Positions 55,118 to 64,000 of a stretch of 64,000 bases of DNA are shown piece by piece; the stretch's first letter is position 1, and every line of letters begins with the position of its first letter. A program made the translations under genes and the position numbers. Under the pieces are notes generated by a model, which saw only the letters and a list, made by a program, of their open reading frames with translations, was not told where the DNA came from and did no database searches. Origin of the DNA: the human T2T-CHM13v2.0 reference genome, Homo sapiens; NCBI RefSeq assembly GCF_009914755.1, contig NC_060926.1; one strand, written 5' to 3'.

Positions 55118-56995
55118 CTACCTTCAGGAATTGATTCTAAGAAATAATCAGAAATTTAAAAGCATATTTATACATGAAGATGTTTATCACAGAAGTATTA
55201 GTGATAAAAAAAACCCAAATGTCCAACAATAGAATAGTTACATCAATTATTTCAAATACAAATTACTTTCATGGTATACCGCTAATAAAATGTTGTTTAC
55301 CAAGAATTTAAAATGAGTCAGGACATGCTGATATATTATTACATGAAAAAGCAGAATTCAAACTTTACATGTGCAATGTGATTCCAGCTATATGTAAAAA
55401 CATATTAGGGAATTATATGAAAACTGATTCTGCTGAGAATTTTTAAAATAAATAAATTTTAAAAAGATTTATATGAAATTACCTTTTGTGTAGATCCAAA
55501 ATGATTGAATATCAACACAAAAAATAAAGAAAACAAAAAAACTGAATATCAGCCATTCCATGTGGTTCAATCTCATACATACAGAGAGACAAGATTGTAA
55601 AGAGATATGGCTGATGTTAACAGTGGTTAACTTTGTATTATAGGCTTGCAAATAGAGTTGTTATTTTCTTTTATAATTTTTCTATACTTCTAATTTTTCC
55701 ACAGTGGATAAGGGCTATTTATAACCAAAAGAAAAGGGTAATTATTTTTTTAAGAAGGCACAAGAATAGAATAGGGGAAACCTGGCTGACAGCTCTTCAT
55801 GGGAAAGTAACCTTGAGGTTAGAAAGACCCAAGCTCCATGGTGTCACACAGTGTACTGTAGAGAAAGAACACAGGCTTCAGAGCCAGGAGACAAGGGTTC
55901 CAAACCCGGACTGTGACTCACCAACTGTGTGACCTTGAGCAAATTATTTAACTTCTTTGAGCCTCAGATTCCTCATCTGCAAAATGGGGATAATAATATC
56001 TACCTTGCAGACTTGTTGGAAGAACAAATACAGTGTCAGATAGAGTACCTAGACAATGCCTTGGCATGTAGGAAACACTCAGTGTATGGTAATTTTAATT
56101 TTTCCCCATCCCACCATCCTCCTTCAAAATGAGTCAGCGGTTTGAGATGGTAGGAAGTCTGAGCATGAAATGGCTCAAAAATTAGCTTTATTCTCAGTTA
56201 CACTGATGGAGTGCTGTGGGCAGCTGGCCACGTGGGAATGTTTGGAGAGGCTAGGCATGTTATTTTAAGAGTCACATTAATAAACTGAAGCATTTCCAGA
56301 GGAGGGTGATTGTGTCATCTGTAGAGTACATGAAAAAACTGGGTCCATGACACCTGGAGGGGAAAAACACACACTTAGAGGAGAAAAGTGTTAGACTGAA
56401 CAACATGTAGAAGAAGGGCCAGACCTCATGTGTGAGCTCCAGTTGGGGGAAGTTTCCAGAAAGGAGGTAGATTTTGACTCGGGGTGACTGATCATTTTCT
56501 GACAGCAGGAGGTGGCCTTCGATAGGAAGGCTACCATGTGACATTGAGTTCCCCACTGATGTAACTGCTCTCCTGAGAGCCAGGAGTCACCTCTCAGGGA
56601 TGTGAGGAAGACCCTTGAAGGGCAGTGGGTTGCCTTGAATTAATGGTTCCTAGGCTTTGGGACATCAAAGACCTGTGAAATGTCAAAAAATTGAGGACCA
56701 ATATGTTAACATATAATCTCGCCATGTACAGATGAGCCGCATTGCAGAGGGTGTCAGCCTCACTCCTGGGGATACCTGGACCAGCCTGCAAGAGCCTGAA
56801 GAGGCACAGGGTGACAAGGGCGGTGTCATGCAGAAGATTCTGCACTGTCCCGTGGCTGTGGCCATTGCTTGCCAGGTGACCAGCCCGCTTCTCATGTAGA
56901 CCCGTTCTTGCCTTGTAAGGTAGGAACCATAAGACCTCACCCACCCAGAAACAGCCTTGCTCCCTGAAGGTTTCATGTGACCTTCGGTCCTTAGC

Positions 56996-57299
56996 TTTTT
57001 TTTTGTTGGTTTTTGAGACAGGGTCTCACTCTGTCATCCAGGCTGGAGTACAGTAGCACGATCATGGCTCACTACAGCCTCAACCTCCCAGGCTCAAGCA
57101 ATCTTCCTGCCTTAACCTCCGAGTAGCTAAGACTACAGGCAAGTGCCATCACACTCAGCTACTTAAAAAAATTTTTTTTGTAGAGATAGGGTCTCCCTAT
57201 GTGGCCCAGACTGGTCTTGAGCTCAGGAGTTCAAGTGATTCTCCCAGCCCAGCCTCCCAAAGTGCTGAGACTACAGGCATGAGCCACCACACCCAGCCA
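56996..57299 (-). mobile_element. AluJ-like
   Basis: TSD GTCCT(T/C)AGCT. Confidence 0.88.
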
Positions 57300-57449
57300 G
57301 TCCTCAGCTCTTAACATCTAAAAGTGTGCACCACTCCTGGAGGACATGGGGCCCAGAAGCCTCACTGTTGTCTGTCCTGAATTCAGTTGCCTCTCTTACT
57401 GCTGTATGTTCTGACTGTACCACCTGCTTTCTGTAGCCTTTAGATCATC

Positions 57450-57665
57450 TGTCACAGACATTTTTTGTTAAGGGACAGAGAGTAAATATTTTGGGCTCTG
57501 AGTGCCCTGTGGTCTCTTTTGCAAATACTCAACTCTGCCCTTGTCATGTAAACGTAGCCTTACTGTGGTAGGAATGGGCTTGGCTGTGTTCCAATAAAAC
57601 TTTATTTACAAAAGCAGGCAGTGGAGCCTCATTGGGTCCAAGAGCTACAGTTTGCAAATCCCATT
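57450..57665 (+). mobile_element. MER58A-like hAT element
   Basis: AGTAAATATTTTGGGCT...ACTCAACTCTGCC...GGCTGTGTTCCAATAAAACTTTATTTACAAAA. Confidence 0.8.
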
Positions 57666-58179
57666 TTATTTACCCATGTGACATCTATGTGCGGTCTTAC
57701 TGCCAATCTGAGTCCACTATTGGTGTCAGTAATATTGTGTGTCAATAATATAGTGGTGTATACCAAGTAAGGATGTCACAAAAAGAAAAGAAGAAAAAAA
57801 GAAAAGCAACTAATACATACCTTCACCCTCAGTTGATAAAAAGACATTTTAATAATAAGAAATAGGATGGTTTAAATCTCAGAATAAAGAACAAAACTCG
57901 TGCCAATTTGTGGACTGGCATTTAGGGACCGGTGAATCACGTGGTCAGGAAACCCTTCCAATCTCAGAGCTGTTGTTTTGTTTTGTTTTTTTAATGCAAG
58001 CTGAAGCCAAGCTAGGTCTCCTTTCCACCATTTTTGGACAATCATTTTTCTGAGTTAAGTCCAAAGCGTTACATTTTCCTTTATGAAATTTCAGCTCCTT
58101 GGTTTGGGGATTTTACAGTTTTAATCTTGGCATGAACGTTGTGGTTAAGGCCCTGGGCTCCATTATTCGTACTGATTAG

Positions 58180-58506
<327 letters not shown>

Positions 58507-60146
58507 TGTGGCTGCAATTTCTGATGGCAGTCATCTTACAATGCCAGCCTAAGGAAGAAGCCACCAGGACAGCAGGGAGAGAGATGCAAATGACACAGAC
58601 CCTGGTGATTCTGTGGTGCTGCCTCATCAAAGAATCCTGAAGCCCATTCTCTGCATTTCCAGTTACGCAAGCCACATGTGCTTATTAAACCAGTTAGAAA
58701 TGTGTGTTATTTGCAGTACAAAGCCTTCTTATGAACCTCATCCGGCCACCCATCATGATATTATTCCTTTTTAGTTTTATGGATTTTACAAATTTGAAAC
58801 AAATAAGCCCCCTCTCTTCATATAAGTCGATGATAGAACTGTTCCTCTGCAGAAGGCAGAGCCCACTCACCATCCCTCCAAGACCACGAGTGCTCACTCC
58901 TTGTCGAATCTCCTTATTAAATCATCCCACTCTGACCAGATCTGAAGACCTCGTGTATGTTCCCAATGGGATGACAAGCCCTGGGAAGGAAAGAACTGCT
59001 TCCTCTCCCTTGGAGCTTGCCTTCCTCCACATAGAGCAAGGCTGATGCGCTACAGAGAGAGGGGTCTTCGCAAAATGCAGAAGACGGGGTGCTCTGACAC
59101 ACAACTTCCTCCCTTCTCCCTGAATTCTGCCACTCTCCACCCGTGCTTTCTCCCATGACCTCACCCTACCCTCCAAGGGACAGGCAAAGCTTGCCCATAT
59201 TCCTTCTAGGGAGTTTAGCTAATGGGACCTGCTGAAAGTGTACTCCCTGGGCGGGGCACACATCTTATGGGGAGGTATCAGAAGACAGAGGACGGAGCAC
59301 TGGTGCTTTTGGAGCTAGGCTTGGTTTAAATCCTACCTCCACTACTTTACAAGCATGTTCCTTAATCCCTGAGCCTCAGTTTCCTCTTCTGCAAAGTGAG
59401 GAAAACAATGAATGTACAGGATTATTTTGAGGATTTAATACAATTGCGCATCAAGCAGCTGGCACTCAGTAGATGTTTAAGTGCACAAACAAATATTTAT
59501 TGGGCACCTCATAGGTGCCAAGCATTGTGCTGGGCACTGGGGCCTGGAAATGAACAAGACTCTCTGATTTGTCACCGTGATTTTGCCCAGACCCAACCCT
59601 GGCCCACAGCAGGTGCTCAGTGAGTGTTTGTGGAGTGAATGAATGCCTTTGAGGAGCATGTATTTTAGTGAGAGAGATGGAGGCAGGTGGCACACGCTGA
59701 TCATTTTAATGTAACATGGTAGGTAATAGTTGGAGGCCAACACCAGGCTCTAAGGGAGCCCTTCCCGTGGGGAGGGGAAGAAAGGGCTGGCATGGATGGG
59801 CCCGAGGGGAGTCTCAAAGGATATATAAGAATCAGTCAAGAAAAGAGAGGAGGAAAGTGCTCTCCAGGCAAGGGGCCCTAACGGGGGCAAAGGCCCAGGT
59901 GGGAGGCAGGATGGCACAGTGTGCATGAGATTTGAGAGAAAGGGCCATCCTGGGAAAGGACAGTGATGCAGAGTGAGCTGAGCCCAGACAGGGCCCTGAT
60001 GGCCACCCTCAGAGGAAGCCTCTGGAGGTCCCCAGCAAAGGTCAGCCGATTGCCGAAGGGAGCATCCCCTCAGCTAGGGCAGCTCTGCAGCCGGACTCCC
60101 TCCTTGCTTATCAGAGCCGGGAGACTCCTTCGAATGCTGTAAACAT

Positions 60147-60431
60147 TTTTTTTTTTAAGAGACAGGGCTCAATCCTGTCCTCCATTGCCCAGGTTAGAGT
60201 GCAGCGACACAATCACTGCTCACTGCATCCTCAAACTCTCCAGCTCAGGCGATCCTCCTGCCTCAGCTTCCTGAGTAGCTGGGACTATAGGCACGCACCA
60301 CCACGCTCAGCTAATTTTTAAACATTTTTTGTAGATCCAATGTTTCACTATGTTGCCCTGGCCTCAGGCAATCCTCCCACCTCATCCTCCCAAAGTGCTG
60401 GGATTATAGGTGTAAGCCGCCACACCCGGCC
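60147..60431 (-). mobile_element. AluJ-like
   Basis: Alu on the minus strand; AAACATTT on both flanks. Confidence 0.85.
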
Positions 60432-60958
60432 AAAAGCAAACATTTACTGAGCACTTACTGTGACCAGGCGCCCAACTCAGGATGCACATATATTAACTCA
60501 TTTAGTTCTCTTGACAAGCCTATGTTGTCAGCATTATTAACACCATTTCCCAGATGAAGAAAGTGAGGCACGTAGTGATTAAATCTTCCCCAGCCCCACT
60601 AAGGTCAAGGTCGGAATTCAGACGCACCAGCCTTGCTCTGAGCATTTAGCCACTATGTTAGCGTCTCTTTCAGTTGAATGAATACAGCACCCCCAGTCTC
60701 GCGGTGGTATGCGACAGTTCCTACCTGTGCCTGGGTTCCTCCTAACCATCATCTCCGGGTCGATAGACCAGGGCAGTGAGGCAGACCCACTGACACCTCT
60801 GTGAGTAGGAGGCATGGGGACAGGGGGTAGCCCTTACATCCTGACCACTGTCCCAGGCCTGTGCCACCCTGTCCTCTCCCAGGGCCTCCTCTCCCAGGGC
60901 CTCCTCACCCTATAGGTTCCTGTCCCCGGGTTCGTGGGGTGGAGGTTGACAGGCTTAC

Positions 60959-61062
60959 CCGCTTCTCGTTGGAAGAGTCGTTCACATTAACGCCACAGGC
61001 CAGATTAGGCCTGGGGAAGGTTTCTGACCAGCCATCCTGTGTGCAGTTTCGGAACAAGGAAC
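60959..61062 (-). CDS. SCTR: SCTR exon 4 (extracellular hormone-binding domain: [34 protein letters not shown])
   Basis: 104 nt, phase 1-0; CTxxGWS motif. Exon numbering from the known 13-exon structure; exons 4-13 sum to 1022 coding nt with consistent phases. Confidence 0.97.
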
Positions 61063-63104
61063 CTGTGGGTGCCAAGAGTCCTGTAGGTGAGCCATGGGCC
61101 CAGGCACTGTGATTTTCATAGTAACATCTATTGTAACATGTAGCTGCTACAACCACTCTATAGTGTGGAAACTGAGGCACACAGCAGTTCCAGAACTTGC
61201 CCAAGACCACACCCTAGTAAATAGGGGGAAAGTGATTTGAACCCTGGGGCTCGGGCTCCAGAGCCCAAGCTCTTAAGCACACACCACGTGCCAGTCCCCC
61301 TTCTCACCCCAGCCGGGTGCTGCTCCTGATCCCAGGCCCTGCCACCGTTTAACAGGTGGGTACCCCGGAGAATCTGTGGTGGCTGCCCAGTACCTGGCCA
61401 CTCCCATCATGACTTTTTCTCAGGCTCCCATTTTTACTCATCCTGCTCCATGGAAGTTCTGTTTTAAATGGAACTTCATGCCCTGCTCACTCAGCCATTT
61501 GAAAACCACCAGAGTGCCATTGAGATGAACCCCTCCAGGCAGCGCCCCTCACGGAAGGGTGGAGGGTCCTTCGGCCACGACCTGTAGGCCACCCCTCTGC
61601 ATTTCTCTGCATAATAGATCGTGAGACCACCACAGTCCTCCGGCTCAGCTGCTCACTGCCCCCCACCCCTGGCACGAGGACGCATGCTGGGCCCTCTCAC
61701 CACATGGGCAGTGGCTTCCCCGCCTCCCCAGTGCCTGGCCCAGAGCCTCTGCTTATCAAACGCGGGCTGGCTGGCTGGACAGAAAGGCAAATTGAATGGG
61801 GATAAAGAGCCTGCCCTGAACTCTTCTCATAGGGAAGAGGAGAGCACTTCCCCACTGGAGCTTTTACAGCAGGAGCCCAGCCTGCGGAAGGGAGCCACTA
61901 GCCAGGAGGGAAGTCTTGGAAGGCCACCGTGAGGAGTTTCCCTCCTCGGGCTGAATGGCCTCGCTGAATTCTGTACTCTGAGCTGCCAAGGAGGGCTGGG
62001 ATCTGGCTCCCCAGCTCAGGCCGGTGTAAGTGTTGCAGGGGGCAGGATGCTGATGGCCGAGTCCTGTGGGTAGGAGCCCTGCCACCCCTTTGCTCTCACT
62101 GGAGCCTTAACAGCCCCAGCTGAGCGTGGCATGCTTCTTTACACAGTCTCCAGGGGCTGGGCCCCTGGCTAACAGGGTTTAGGGTCTAATCCTCACAGTG
62201 CCCCACTGAAGGAGGTGCTGCTGCCCATTTTACAGGACAGAACACCAAGGCCCAGAATTGAGCTATCATGCCCAGCCACAGCGTATGCTATCACTGTTCT
62301 ACCCACCCACCGGGCCCTCTTCCTGAAGTCTCAGGGGCAGCGTCTAGGACCAGGAGACCGTGTCCTCTGAGATCTGGGCATGCCTGCCCTGTGGAGGCTC
62401 AGGAGGCCTGGAGCGCAGGTTTAGAAGCAGCCAGATCTGAGTCTGAAACCCAGTGCAGCCTCTTGGTCACTGTGTGACCTTCGGTGCATCATTTCTCTGT
62501 GCCACAAAATAATCACCCACACTGCAAGAGTGAGCAGGGAACATGAGAGCACACGGAAAATGCCTAGGCTGGTGCCAGGCACAGAGCGGGCACCGAGGCA
62601 TCACTCCCCTCTCTTTTTGGCCTTTCTAAAATAGGCAGAAGTGGGAGGGGCTTGGAATCTTGGAATTTAGGCGAGGGGTGGGGAGGTTTCTGGAACTGAA
62701 TCAAGAGAGTTAGGTTGTCAGATGGGAAACAACGGTGGTCAAATTTAGGCTGGGTGGATGGGAAAGCAAGTTAAGGGAACACAAATTCCCCCAAGGCCAG
62801 AATCGAAGGTTATAAGACAGCGCGTGCCTAGAGGCTGGGCTCCCTGTGGGCTCGCCCAGGGCAGCAGGCCTGCCCGTTTGGGGCCCTCTCCTCACTGACA
62901 CAGCAGGACTCCCAAGACAGATGCTGCATGTGACCCAGGCCAGGTGCCCAGAGCTGCTAACAAGGCAGGGCCCCCTGCCTTCCACTCTGTAGAGCTGCAA
63001 AGCAGCTGCCTCCCCACTTCCCCAGGGCTGAATTCCTAATAGGTAAGGGAAACTTAACCAGGCACAGGCCAGTGTGCACCTCAGGGGACCCCTGAAAGGA
63101 TGTT

Positions 63105-63262
63105 TGTGCATATATATATATATATAGATGTAGATATTTATATTATATATATAATATAAATAGATATTTATATTTATATTTGTATTATATTATAAATATA
63201 AAATAAATATATATATTATGTGCATATATATAAATATATAGATATATAGATATATATTTATG
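63105..63262. repeat. (TA)n-rich low-complexity tract in SCTR intron 3
   Basis: ~155 bp almost entirely A/T. Confidence 0.92.
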
Positions 63263-64000
63263 CAGTTCGGGGAAAGACTAGTCCAAAGCTTTCATCTGAT
63301 TTTCAGAAGGCTCCGGGACCCTAATCAGGTTGGGAAGCATGACCGCTTTAAGGCCAGATCCTCACTAAGTAGGAAGAGAAAGAGGGCCAAGGGGATGCCG
63401 CTGGGGAATTGTGTTTTTTAATAAGGAACTCTGGAAGACCAGCGTCCTTTTCAGAATCAAAGGAATACACCCTAGAGGGAGCATTCTAGGCCTGGCATGA
63501 ACAGAAACATCTGGGGGCAGAATCGGCCTGCGGTTTCTCCAGTCACATGGACCCCACCCCTCCTGTCAGGACCCATGTAGTAGGTGCCCTCAAGGAGAAT
63601 TAATTTATTTTCCAGAGCACCTTGTCCTCACTGGGCGCTCCCCCTGGGGTTAGGGTTGGGGGCACCACCTAGGGAAGCCTGCCTTCCTGCCGGGAGATGA
63701 AGGGGCAGGAGTCTAATCAGACCCAGAAGTAGATCTATGGGGATGAAGGAGGGGTGGGTGGGAGTTCTTGATGATAAATTGAGGCCAGACAGCTGTTGAC
63801 CTGTGCTCTTGGGCCACCCACCCCCAGGCTGGGTATGAACAACGTGGCCCCCACCACCCTGGAGGGAGCCCAGAGCCCAATAGGCAGGCCTTTGGTGTGG
63901 CCCTGCAGGCCCACAGCGACACCATGTGGCGGCGAGAAGAAACTGCAGCAGAGTCGGCACAGGACCCCAGCTTCCATCCTCACGTTGTGTGGACATGGTC

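Overview
Primate, almost certainly human, genomic DNA from the TMEM37-SCTR locus (chr2q14 from prior knowledge of these genes). The first ~17 kb is intergenic and packed with transposon relics: a decayed Tigger4/Zombi DNA transposon, a deeply nested stack of ERV1/MaLR LTR elements with readable target-site duplications (TSDs), and Alus. TMEM37 (+ strand, CpG-island promoter, 2 coding exons, 190 aa, claudin/PMP22/CACNG superfamily) converges tail-to-tail on SCTR (secretin receptor, class B GPCR, - strand). SCTR exons 4-13 were traced base by base with consistent GT-AG junctions and phases; exons 1-3 lie beyond the right edge. I see no new protein-coding system: the long ORFs in the track outside these genes are repeat or CpG-island artefacts. 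The most interesting unexplained structures are: (i) two ~205-bp, ~94% identical direct repeats bracketing SCTR exon 12, the only in-frame-skippable exon here, with a palindromic AT/CpG minisatellite between them; (ii) a candidate alternative first exon of TMEM37 whose donor site is buried in an 11-bp hairpin; (iii) a double-hairpin templated-insertion scar in SCTR intron 4. Repeat subfamily names come from memory of consensus sequences and repeat boundaries are approximate.
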